Below are positions 43,787-52,134 of a stretch of 64,000 nucleotides of DNA, piece after piece. The notes below the pieces were generated by a model. That model was not told the origin of the DNA. It did no database searches and saw only the letters and a list, made by a program, of their open reading frames with translations. The first letter of the stretch is position 1, and each line of letters starts with the position of its first letter. This stretch comes from an uncultured Pelagibacteraceae bacterium (GTDB lineage Bacteria; Pseudomonadota; Alphaproteobacteria; Pelagibacterales; AG-422-B15): assembly GCA_902588785.1 (NCBI GenBank), contig CACIQL010000001.1, forward strand, positions 7,119 through 71,118. The letters run 5' to 3'. The translations under genes were made by a program, and so were the position numbers.

Positions 43787-43868
43787 ATTACTTCAGTAAG
43801 TTAATGTCAAGTTTCATTTAATTTCTTATTTGCTGGAAAAATCAAAATTGGCTCAATATAAAGTGATT

Positions 43869-44693
43869 ATGCATGAGTTTAAGTTCATAAAGATGAATGG
43901 CCTGGGAAATGATTTTATTGTTATTGACCAAAGAGTATCTGAATTTGATTTATCAGAAGAACAAGTAAAATTAATTTGCAACAGAACAAAAGGTGTTGGC
44001 TGCGATCAACTAATAATGATTAGGAAGTCACAAAATAACAGAGATCCCCTGATTAAATTTTTTAATTCAGATGGAAATGAAATAGATGCTTGTGGAAATG
44101 GTTCGCGTTGTGTCGCAAACTTTTTAATGAAAGAAACAAAGAGTGATAAAATAAACTTAACAACACGTGAAAGAACAATTGCATGTGAAAAGATTGACGA
44201 TGTCACAGTTAGTGTAAATATGGGCAAGCCAAAATTTGAATGGAACGAAATCCCCTTGATTAAAGATGTTGATCCAGAGGATATAAATTTTTCAATCAAG
44301 GACCTTACCTTAAAAAAACCATTTTTAGTTAATATTGGTAATCCACATATTATTTTTTTTGATGATGAAATCGAAAAATATGATGTTGAAAGTTTTGGAT
44401 CTTTAATTGAAAATGATAATCTTTTTCCTGAAAAAATAAATGTGAGTTTTGCAAAGTTAAAAAGTGATAACCATATTTTACTAAATGTATGGGAAAGGGG
44501 TGCAGGAAAAACAAATGCTTGTGGTACGGCTGCTTGTGCAACAGCTGTAGCAGGAGTTGAAATGGGATTGATAAAAGATAAGGTGAAGGTAACATTGCCA
44601 GGAGGTGATTTAGAAATATATTACAAAAGTAGTGACAATATTATTATGACGGGTCCAACTGAGATAAATTTTACTGATAAATATAAGCTGTGA
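43869..44693 (+). CDS. dapF: Diaminopimelate epimerase
   Basis: KMNGLGNDFIVID, active-site Cys contexts CGNGSRC and NACGTAACA. I prefer the ATG at 43869 (MHEFKFIKMNG...) over the ORF-track TTG at 43830, by comparison with typical DapF N-termini. Confidence 0.9.
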   Translation: MHEFKFIKMNGLGNDFIVIDQRVSEFDLSEEQVKLICNRTKGVGCDQLIMIRKSQNNRDPLIKFFNSDGNEIDACGNGSRCVANFLMKETKSDKINLTTRERTIACEKIDDVTVSVNMGKPKFEWNEIPLIKDVDPEDINFSIKDLTLKKPFLVNIGNPHIIFFDDEIEKYDVESFGSLIENDNLFPEKINVSFAKLKSDNHILLNVWERGAGKTNACGTAACATAVAGVEMGLIKDKVKVTLPGGDLEIYYKSSDNIIMTGPTEINFTDKYKL

Positions 44694-45076
44694 GAAATAA
44701 AAATTCTAAAAAAAATACTAAAATATACTTCAATAACTCATGCAGTATCTGTAGGTTTGAAATAAACCACTATAAGAAACTTAATAATGTTATTGATTGG
44801 GTCGATGTTACTCAAAATAAAGTTGCTGAAAAGGAAACCTCAAAAGAACCAAGTCAATTGATAAGACGTCTCCATGCTAAACATGATGGAAAGATATTGG
44901 AAGGAATTGATGCTTTTTTACTGATATGGTCTCAACTTCCAAGGTATAAATGGCTTTATAATTTTATTAAATTGCCTCTTATCTATCATATGAGTCATAT
45001 ATTGTATGAAGTTCTTGCATTTGCTCTATATTTAAAAAATCGAAATCAAATAAGTAATGAAAGATCCAGAAATTAA
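44690..45076 (+). CDS. DCC-family thiol-disulfide oxidoreductase (DUF393) (GTG start)
   Basis: 128 aa. N-terminal YFNNSCSICRFEINHY (CxxC) and C-terminal hydrophobic region typical of DUF393. GTGA overlap with the dapF stop. Confidence 0.6.
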   Translation: MRNKNSKKNTKIYFNNSCSICRFEINHYKKLNNVIDWVDVTQNKVAEKETSKEPSQLIRRLHAKHDGKILEGIDAFLLIWSQLPRYKWLYNFIKLPLIYHMSHILYEVLAFALYLKNRNQISNERSRN

Positions 45077-46313
45077 AACTTACGGATGTAGACTGAATTT
45101 TTATGAGTCTGAAGTTATAAGAAAATACGCAAAAGATAACAATCTTAAGAACCATATTTTTATTAATAGTTGCGCTGTTACAAATAAAACTATTTCTGAT
45201 CTGAAAAATGAAATTAGAAAAGTAAAAAAAGAAAATCAACAAAGTCAAATCGTTCTTACTGGTTGTGCTGCACAGATACATAAAAAGGATTTTGAAGCAA
45301 TGAGCGAAGTTGACTCCATCATTGGAAATAAAGAAAAATTAGAATCCTCAACCTATAAAACTATAAGAGAAAGTAATAAGCCCGTAAATTTAGTAGGAGA
45401 TATATTCGAAAATGAACAGGCAATTTCGCCAATTATAAGTAAAGTTAAAAACAGAATAAGAGGATTTGTACAAATACAAAATGGATGTGATCATAGGTGT
45501 ACATTTTGTATCATTCCATATGGACGGGGTAACTCAAGAAGTGTACATCCAAACAATATCATTAAACAAATAAAATTACTTCTAGAGAAGAACTACAAAG
45601 AGATAGTGCTGACTGGCGTTGATCTCACAAGCTATGGTAGTGATTTAAAGGAAAAAATTTCATTGTCAAAGTTAGTAAAAATTATTCTCAATAATCTGCC
45701 TCAACTTAATAGACTAAGACTGTCATCACTTGATATTGCAGAGATAGATGATGAATTAATAAATCTTTACGGGAGCGAGAAACGTTTACTTCCTCATATT
45801 CATTTATCTCTACAGGCTGGCGATAACATGATTTTAAAAAGAATGAAAAGAAGACATTCAAGAGAAGATACAATTAATGTGATAGAGCGTATCAGAGCTG
45901 TCAGACCTGATATTGTATTTGGTGCAGATTTAATTGCTGGATTTCCAACAGAGACGGAGGAAATGTTTCTAAATTCAGTGCGGCTTATAGATGAATGTAA
46001 TATTACTTTTTTGCACGTGTTTCCATTTTCACCGAGAGATGGAACGCCAGCTGCTAAAATGCCTCAACTAGATCGAGAAATTATAAAAAAAAGAGCAAAA
46101 ATACTCAGAAATATTGGTGAGCGAAAGATTACTGAACACTACGATAAGCTTAAAAATAAAGAGATTAACCTTATTGTTGAGAGTCAAAATCAAGGTAGGT
46201 CAGACACATTTGCAAAAGTCTTTCTCGATGATAGTTTTGAAGCGGGTAAAATAATAAAAATGCTTGTCACTGGAAAGCGTCAAGAAGGCTTAATTGGAAA
46301 TATAATTGTTTAA
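45057..46313 (+). CDS. mtaB: tRNA methylthiotransferase, MtaB-like radical SAM enzyme
   Basis: N-terminal TYGCRLNFYESE (UPF0004 domain), radical SAM motif CDHRCTFCIIP, and a C-terminal TRAM-like region. Confidence 0.85.
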   Translation: MKDPEIKTYGCRLNFYESEVIRKYAKDNNLKNHIFINSCAVTNKTISDLKNEIRKVKKENQQSQIVLTGCAAQIHKKDFEAMSEVDSIIGNKEKLESSTYKTIRESNKPVNLVGDIFENEQAISPIISKVKNRIRGFVQIQNGCDHRCTFCIIPYGRGNSRSVHPNNIIKQIKLLLEKNYKEIVLTGVDLTSYGSDLKEKISLSKLVKIILNNLPQLNRLRLSSLDIAEIDDELINLYGSEKRLLPHIHLSLQAGDNMILKRMKRRHSREDTINVIERIRAVRPDIVFGADLIAGFPTETEEMFLNSVRLIDECNITFLHVFPFSPRDGTPAAKMPQLDREIIKKRAKILRNIGERKITEHYDKLKNKEINLIVESQNQGRSDTFAKVFLDDSFEAGKIIKMLVTGKRQEGLIGNIIV

Positions 46314-47178
46314 GAGTTTAAAATCTGGCCTCGCAAAAGTATTTGCAAATCAAAAAATTGATCAAAATACAATACAGGATTTTGAGGATCTTCTCATTAC
46401 TTCTGACGTTGATGTTGAAACATCAGAACTTATTACGGCAAAATTAGGAAATGAAAAATTTTCTAATGCTCCTTCGCTGGAAGAAATTCAATCGTCTCTT
46501 AGTAAAATTATAAATGAAATTGTATCTACAAATATAAAAAAAATTGATTATAAAAATAACACAAAACCTTACGTTATATTAATGGTTGGAGTAAATGGAT
46601 CAGGTAAAACTACAACAATTGCAAAACTGGCAAATCAATTTCATAAAGAGGGAAAAAATATACTGTTGGTTGCTGCTGATACTTTTAGAGCAGCAGCTGT
46701 GGAACAATTGAATGAATGGGCTGATAAAATAGGAACAGACTTTATAAGAGATGCTGACAAATCTGACCCAGCAAGTATAGTATTTAAGTCAATTGAATAT
46801 GCAAATAAAAATAATATTGACGTAGTTATAATCGATACAGCTGGAAGGCTTCAGAACAAAACTGATTTAATGGATCAATTAGGTAAAATTGACCGAGTGC
46901 TTAAAAAACACGATGAAACACTTCCTCATGATTCAATAATATCGATTGATGCCACAACAGGGCAAAATGCCTTAAAACAAGTGGAAGAATTTAATAAATT
47001 TACGAAAATTACTGGTATTATTATGACGAAATTTGACTCCAATGCAGCAGGAGGAACACTAGTATCAATTTCCAACAAAACAAAAATACCAATTTTAGCA
47101 ATTGGTAGTGGTGAGCAAATCAGCGATCTTATTGATTTTGATCCTGAGCAATTTTCCAATAATTTTATAAAAAATTAA
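46306..47178 (+). CDS. ftsY: Signal recognition particle receptor FtsY (short form, TTG start)
   Basis: N-terminus (M)FKSLKSGLAKVF, GVNGSGKTTT, DTAGR, TKFD. There is no in-frame ATG before the conserved N domain. Confidence 0.93.
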   Translation: MFKSLKSGLAKVFANQKIDQNTIQDFEDLLITSDVDVETSELITAKLGNEKFSNAPSLEEIQSSLSKIINEIVSTNIKKIDYKNNTKPYVILMVGVNGSGKTTTIAKLANQFHKEGKNILLVAADTFRAAAVEQLNEWADKIGTDFIRDADKSDPASIVFKSIEYANKNNIDVVIIDTAGRLQNKTDLMDQLGKIDRVLKKHDETLPHDSIISIDATTGQNALKQVEEFNKFTKITGIIMTKFDSNAAGGTLVSISNKTKIPILAIGSGEQISDLIDFDPEQFSNNFIKN

Positions 47179-47666
47179 AAAGGTCTTATGAGTGAGATCG
47201 TTGCACTTTCTGTCCCAGGATTCGTATCACCAATGCTTGCATTGGATATATGATTTAAATTAAATCCTATTCGACTTGATTTAAGTTTATATGAAAACTC
47301 AATCTGACTTCTAAATTCAAGATTATATCCTAAATCTTTGCTATCTCCTCGATCATAATATCCCAACGCAAAGCTTGGAGTAAAAAACCATTTTTCTGAA
47401 ATTCCAATATCTTTTCTTAAACCTGAATAAATATATTTACCGTTATCTCCGTTTCTCATAGCACCTAAGAAAGGTTTAAGATCGTAATTATTTCTTAAAA
47501 AGTTATTTGCGTACAAATATTCAAATCTTATTTCAGATGAGTCAACAGTGTCGTTTATATCAAATTGACCTAATGAAAAAGACCACATGTTTTCTTCATT
47601 GGATTGAGCACTAAACCCATAAAGCACTAAAATTAGTAATGATAGAATTGATCCAATTATTTTCAT
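47175..47666 (-). CDS. PagL-like outer-membrane acyloxyacyl hydrolase (lipid A deacylase family)
   Basis: Signal peptide and beta-barrel-like alternating pattern. His/Ser motif NHISNAS lies near the C-terminus, which ends in F. Family assignment is by eye. Confidence 0.55.
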   Translation of the reverse strand: MKIIGSILSLLILVLYGFSAQSNEENMWSFSLGQFDINDTVDSSEIRFEYLYANNFLRNNYDLKPFLGAMRNGDNGKYIYSGLRKDIGISEKWFFTPSFALGYYDRGDSKDLGYNLEFRSQIEFSYKLKSSRIGFNLNHISNASIGDTNPGTESATISLIRPF

Positions 47667-47675
47667 TATATAAAA

Positions 47676-47969
47676 TTAATATCTAACAAAATAATCTGGT
47701 TCTTCACCCTCAGAAATATGGCCACCAGACCACGTTACACATCCCTTAGAATATTTAATTATTCTTTGACCATCTGAGCAATCCTTAGCAACAATTTCAT
47801 CTAGTTTTTCATATAATGGTTCTTGTAACTCTTGAAATTCAGAAATATCTTCTCTTGTTGTAAGCTCGACATCCTCATAATCTTTTGTTTCATCTTCAAT
47901 TCCACCCGCTAAAGTAAAATTCAGGCCTAGGAAGAAAAATAGTAAAAATGCATAAATTTTTGATTTCAT
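47676..47969 (-). CDS. Small secreted acidic protein with two Cys, function unknown
   Basis: I prefer the start at 47969 (MKSKIYAFLLFFFLGLNFTLAGG..., a signal peptide) over the ORF-track start at 47990. No recognisable domain. Confidence 0.4.
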   Translation of the reverse strand: MKSKIYAFLLFFFLGLNFTLAGGIEDETKDYEDVELTTREDISEFQELQEPLYEKLDEIVAKDCSDGQRIIKYSKGCVTWSGGHISEGEEPDYFVRY

Positions 47970-48041
47970 AAACACCTCTTTTAATTGCACTATAATATAA
48001 AATTACAAATTGTTTAAAAGATATCTACAAATTGTCAAAAA

Positions 48042-48398
48042 TTAGACTTGGCCTTTTTTTTGTCTATAAATTGCAAAAGCTCCAATTATCATGATGAGGA
48101 ATGGAAAAGACCATAATACATAAGTAAGACTGTTAAATGGAGGTGTCATTAAAATCCAATCACCATACTTTTCTACTAGATATTCTTTAATTTGGCGATC
48201 GGTCTCACCTTGGCTAATTTTTTCACGAATAAGATTTTTTATATCCTCCGCTAATTCTGCATTAGACTCATGAATTGTTTGGCCCTGACATACAAGACAC
48301 CTTACCTCTTTAAAAAGCTCAATTGCCCTAGGATCTTCAGCTATAGCGTTATTTTGCAGCAAAAAAAGGAGTAAAAATATCTTAATTATCTTAGTCAT
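48042..48398 (-). CDS. ccmH: Cytochrome c maturation protein CcmH
   Basis: Signal peptide, VRCLVCQGQ (LRCxxC motif), and a C-terminal TM segment. Confidence 0.85.
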   Translation of the reverse strand: MTKIIKIFLLLFLLQNNAIAEDPRAIELFKEVRCLVCQGQTIHESNAELAEDIKNLIREKISQGETDRQIKEYLVEKYGDWILMTPPFNSLTYVLWSFPFLIMIIGAFAIYRQKKGQV

Positions 48399-48401
48399 AC
48401 C

Positions 48402-48926
48402 TCAATTATCCCTAATTATTGGGAGAATTTTATCTTCCATCTCATTCATATGAATTGGACCAATATGTTTATAAATAATTTTGCCGTTAGCAATAATATA
48501 TGTCTCTGGAACTCCGTAAACTCCAAGATCGATAGCTGTTCTTCCTGAATTGTCAGAACCAATTTTGACAAATGGATTTCCAAGATCATTTATGAAATTT
48601 TTTGCTTCTTCATTATTATCTTTATAATTTAAGCCAAATATTTCCACTTCATAAAGTTCTGACAATACCATTAATATGTCGTGTTCTGCTCGACACGGAA
48701 TGCACCAAGAAGACCACACATTTAATAAAATTGGATTTTCACTATTTAAGTCTAAATTTGTTAGCTCTTCCTGTCCAAAAAGGTTCGGTAAAGAAAATTC
48801 TGGTACTTTTTTTCCAACAAGAGGACTTGAAAGTTTTGATGTGTCATTATTTAAAGAAAAAAATAAGAATATACTTAATAGTATTATTAAGACTAAAGGT
48901 AAAAATTTTAAATAATTACTTTTCAT
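48402..48926 (-). CDS. ccmG: Thiol:disulfide interchange protein CcmG/DsbE
   Basis: N-terminal anchor, thioredoxin motif WCIPCRAEH, GVYGVPETY. Confidence 0.88.
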   Translation of the reverse strand: MKSNYLKFLPLVLIILLSIFLFFSLNNDTSKLSSPLVGKKVPEFSLPNLFGQEELTNLDLNSENPILLNVWSSWCIPCRAEHDILMVLSELYEVEIFGLNYKDNNEEAKNFINDLGNPFVKIGSDNSGRTAIDLGVYGVPETYIIANGKIIYKHIGPIHMNEMEDKILPIIRDN

Positions 48927-50817
48927 CGAAACGTCCGACCCTTATAGAAGCAGATATAATCCCCCCAATGATTATCATCAATGTACCTAACCAAAGTATT
49001 GTCATGAAAGGTTTAATATGCATTCTGACACTTATTGACTGCTGATCTTGAGGAACATTCATGACAAGGTAAATATCTGAAAAAAACTTGTGCAAAATAC
49101 TTGCTTCTGAAGTAATTGTAGGTGGGTTTGAATAAAATCTGATTTCAGGAGTAAATGTATCTATTAATTTCCCATCTTTTTTCATAAGGAAATATGCTTT
49201 TAGTGAATTATAATTGCTTTCCTCAACTTGCTCTATTTTATCAAAACTAAAAATATATTTTTGCAATTGTAAATTATCTCCAACTTTAGCGTTATAAATT
49301 CTCTCCTCAGAATACACAGCATTACTTACAACTGCCATCATCAAGATACCAAATCCAGCATGTGCAAGATTTTGGCCTAAGTTGGTCCTTACTAAAATAT
49401 TTTGCTTATTAAAGTTTATACTAGCTGTCACAGAAGAAATTATTAAAAGTAAACTAAAGAAGATAATTAAGATTTCAGTCAAATTAAATAATTCAAAATA
49501 TAAACTGGTTATCAATGTTATAGTTAATGATGTAATAATGAGATATCGCAATTGAATTATTATTTTATAGAGTTTTGTGTCAGTCCATCCCAAACGCGGA
49601 GATATAAACATAAAAAAAAGAAAAAGTATTATGATGGGGGCTATAGTTGTTGAGTAATATTTTGGCCCAACAGTTAAGCTCTTATTAAGTAATAAATCAG
49701 TTGCGAGAGGGTACATGGTTCCTAAGAAAACAATCGTTAAAATAGTTATCAAAAGCCAGTTATTTACCTGTATACCTGTACCCCTGCTGATCAAACCCAT
49801 ACTACTTGTCTTATTAATTTTTTCAGAGTTGTATGCAAATAAACTAAAAGAAAAGACAAGTATAAGAAAAATAAATAATAAAATAAATAGGCCTCTTCCT
49901 GGATCACTAGCGAAGGTATGAACTGAATTAAGAATTCCAGATCGGACAAGAAATGTTCCAACTAAACTCAATGAAAATGTAAGTATGGCTAAAATAATAG
50001 TCCAAGATTGCATTACATTTCTTTTCTGAAGTATCAACACACAGTGAATTAATGCAGTTGCGGCAATCCACGGCATTAGCGATGCATTCTCAACTGGATC
50101 CCAAAACCAATAACCTCCCCAACCGAGTTCGTAATAAGCCCAGAATGAACCTAGAGCTATCCCAGCTGTAAGAAACGCCCATGCAGAAAAAACCCAAGGT
50201 TTAACAATTGAAGCCCATTGCTGATCGACTTCTTTAGTAATCAACCCTGCGATTGCTAAACTGAATACCAGAGAAAAACCAACATAGCCTACATACAACA
50301 CAGGTGGATGAATTGCTAGGAGTGGATCTTGTAAAATAGGATTTAAACCAATCCCGTCAAAAAAATTATTTTGATTTAACGAAAATGGATTTGATAAAAG
50401 AAATAAAAATGCGACAAATCCAAAGATCATAATACTCTGTATCGCAACTGTTATCTCTTTAAACCGTTCTGAAATTCTTCTCGAAAGGGCAAATAAAAAA
50501 TTAAACAAGACCAAAATTAGTATCCATAAAAGCATACTTCCTTCATGATTTCCCCAAACGCCAGAGAATTTATATATAAGTGGTTTTTCTGAATGAGAAT
50601 TGAAATAAACTAAATCAAAATTAAAATCTGAAATAAGAAAAAGATAAATTAGAATTAAAAATGATAATGATATTGAAATTAACTGTACATACGCCAACAC
50701 AATAATACCAGGTCTGGTGAATATTTTATTATTTATAATTTTACTAGACTGCATTAGTGATGCAGTTAGACAAAGAAGTAGTAAAAAATTTGAAATATAA
50801 AAAATATATAAACTCAT
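48916..50817 (-). CDS. ccmF: Cytochrome c heme lyase subunit CcmF
   Basis: 633-aa polytopic protein with WWD-type motif WGGYWFWDPVENASLMPW. Confidence 0.93.
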   Translation of the reverse strand: MSLYIFYISNFLLLLCLTASLMQSSKIINNKIFTRPGIIVLAYVQLISISLSFLILIYLFLISDFNFDLVYFNSHSEKPLIYKFSGVWGNHEGSMLLWILILVLFNFLFALSRRISERFKEITVAIQSIMIFGFVAFLFLLSNPFSLNQNNFFDGIGLNPILQDPLLAIHPPVLYVGYVGFSLVFSLAIAGLITKEVDQQWASIVKPWVFSAWAFLTAGIALGSFWAYYELGWGGYWFWDPVENASLMPWIAATALIHCVLILQKRNVMQSWTIILAILTFSLSLVGTFLVRSGILNSVHTFASDPGRGLFILLFIFLILVFSFSLFAYNSEKINKTSSMGLISRGTGIQVNNWLLITILTIVFLGTMYPLATDLLLNKSLTVGPKYYSTTIAPIIILFLFFMFISPRLGWTDTKLYKIIIQLRYLIITSLTITLITSLYFELFNLTEILIIFFSLLLIISSVTASINFNKQNILVRTNLGQNLAHAGFGILMMAVVSNAVYSEERIYNAKVGDNLQLQKYIFSFDKIEQVEESNYNSLKAYFLMKKDGKLIDTFTPEIRFYSNPPTITSEASILHKFFSDIYLVMNVPQDQQSISVRMHIKPFMTILWLGTLMIIIGGIISASIRVGRFDEK

Positions 50818-51251
50818 TCACCCTGCCATTTGCCAGATTTTTTAAGTGTTTCTATGACTTCAGGAGGCATATAGTTTTCATCATGCTTAGCTAAGACTTT
50901 GTTTGCAATAAATCTACCATCATTCATATAAACCCCCTCAACTACAACTCCCTTGTCCTCAGCAAATAAATTTGGCAGAATACCCTCATATTTCACATCA
51001 ATTTCGTTTTCGCCATCAGTAATACTGAAATAAAAAATACTATCAGTTTCGTTTTGAAAAGAGTCTACTGATACAAGGCCTCCCAACCTCATTATTTGAC
51101 CTTGTTTATCTGAATTTTTTAAAAGTTCAGTCGGGCCGTAAAAATAAATAATATTATCTCTTAAATTAAAAATAATTATCAATACTGCGATTGAAACAAT
51201 AATTAAACTTAAGAGAAATTTAATTAATCTGCTTTTTACTAAACTACTCAA
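50814..51251 (-). CDS. ccmE: Heme chaperone CcmE (TTG start)
   Basis: N-terminal anchor, OB-fold region, and heme-binding motif LAKHDENYMPPEV (HxxxY). Confidence 0.9.
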   Translation of the reverse strand: MSSLVKSRLIKFLLSLIIVSIAVLIIIFNLRDNIIYFYGPTELLKNSDKQGQIMRLGGLVSVDSFQNETDSIFYFSITDGENEIDVKYEGILPNLFAEDKGVVVEGVYMNDGRFIANKVLAKHDENYMPPEVIETLKKSGKWQGE

Positions 51252-51399
51252 TTTTGTTTTTTAATTTATTAAAAATTTTTTCGTACTTCCTTAAATTTAA
51301 TATATTGATTAAAAAAAATATAATTAAGGAAAAGAAAAAAATACCATATGAGGACCAAACAAAAATTGCGTATCCACCCATATCTAATAATTCATTCAT
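51244..51399 (-). CDS. ccmD: Heme exporter protein CcmD (51 aa, not in the ORF track)
   Basis: My translation: MNELLDMGGYAIFVWSSYGIFFFSLIIFFLINILNLRKYEKIFNKLKNKIE. The GGYAxFVWxxY motif plus a single TM segment is typical of CcmD. ATGA overlap with the ccmC stop and 8-nt overlap with the ccmE start. Confidence 0.7.
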   Translation of the reverse strand: MNELLDMGGYAIFVWSSYGIFFFSLIIFFLINILNLRKYEKIFNKLKNKIE

Positions 51400-52100
51400 A
51401 AGCTGCTGGTCCTCAACATTTTATTTTCAATCAGAACAAGCCTGAATCTAATTAGCGATACTGTTACTAGAAATAAAAAACAGGCAGCTGTCATTATAAA
51501 TAATGGAATTAGCATACTTACATCAATACTTGGTGCAGAAAGTTTTGAAATTGAAGCAGGTTGATGCAAAGTATTCCACCAATCAACTGAAAATTTAATT
51601 ATTGGTATATTGATAAAACCTATTATTGCTAGTGCTGCTGATATTTTTGAAGCAAGTTCCTTGTTTGATATTGCCTGCCAAAGAAAGATATAAGCGATGT
51701 AAAGAAAAAATAATATTAACATAGAAGTTAGTCTCGCATCCCATACCCACCATACACCCCATGTAGGCTTGCCCCATATACTTCCAGTTATCAATGACAT
51801 TAAAGTAAATACCATTCCTACTTGAGCAATTGATCTTGCAACAATATTAAAAAGGGGGTTTCGGGTTATGAACCAAAGAACACATGAACCAGCTAAAATT
51901 GAATAAGTCATGAGTGCAAACCATGCTGAGGGAACATGTATATACATAATCCTCATCGAATCTCCTTGAATATAATCTGGAGGAGATTGAAAAAGTGAAT
52001 AATATAAGCCTATTATAAATACAATAATTGTTGCAAAAATTAGGTATGGATTAGCAGACTTGATAAGTTCAATATGGTTATTTTTAATTTTAATATACAT
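51396..52100 (-). CDS. ccmC: Heme exporter protein CcmC
   Basis: Polytopic protein with WWD motif WGKPTWGVWWVWDARLTS. Confidence 0.92.
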   Translation of the reverse strand: MYIKIKNNHIELIKSANPYLIFATIIVFIIGLYYSLFQSPPDYIQGDSMRIMYIHVPSAWFALMTYSILAGSCVLWFITRNPLFNIVARSIAQVGMVFTLMSLITGSIWGKPTWGVWWVWDARLTSMLILFFLYIAYIFLWQAISNKELASKISAALAIIGFINIPIIKFSVDWWNTLHQPASISKLSAPSIDVSMLIPLFIMTAACFLFLVTVSLIRFRLVLIENKMLRTSSL

Positions 52101-52134
52101 TTTCTAATATATATATATCGACTTGAAGTATTGC

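Noticed and set aside
43830-43868. TTG at 43830 as the dapF start (ORF-track call).
   Set aside because: It would add 13 non-conserved residues. The ATG at 43869 gives an N-terminus (MHEFKFIKMNGLGNDF) matching typical DapF proteins. The TTG start cannot be strictly excluded.
47970-47990. Upstream ATG at 47990 for the small secreted protein.
   Set aside because: Starting at 47969 gives a standard signal peptide (MKSKIYAFLLFFFL...). The extra 7 residues (MQLKEVF) are not needed.
51254-51445. 63-aa + strand ORF in the ccmE-ccmC gap.
   Set aside because: The opposite strand encodes a CcmD-like 51-aa protein with the expected motif and overlapping-codon coupling to ccmC and ccmE. The + strand ORF is Lys/Ile/Phe-rich noise.
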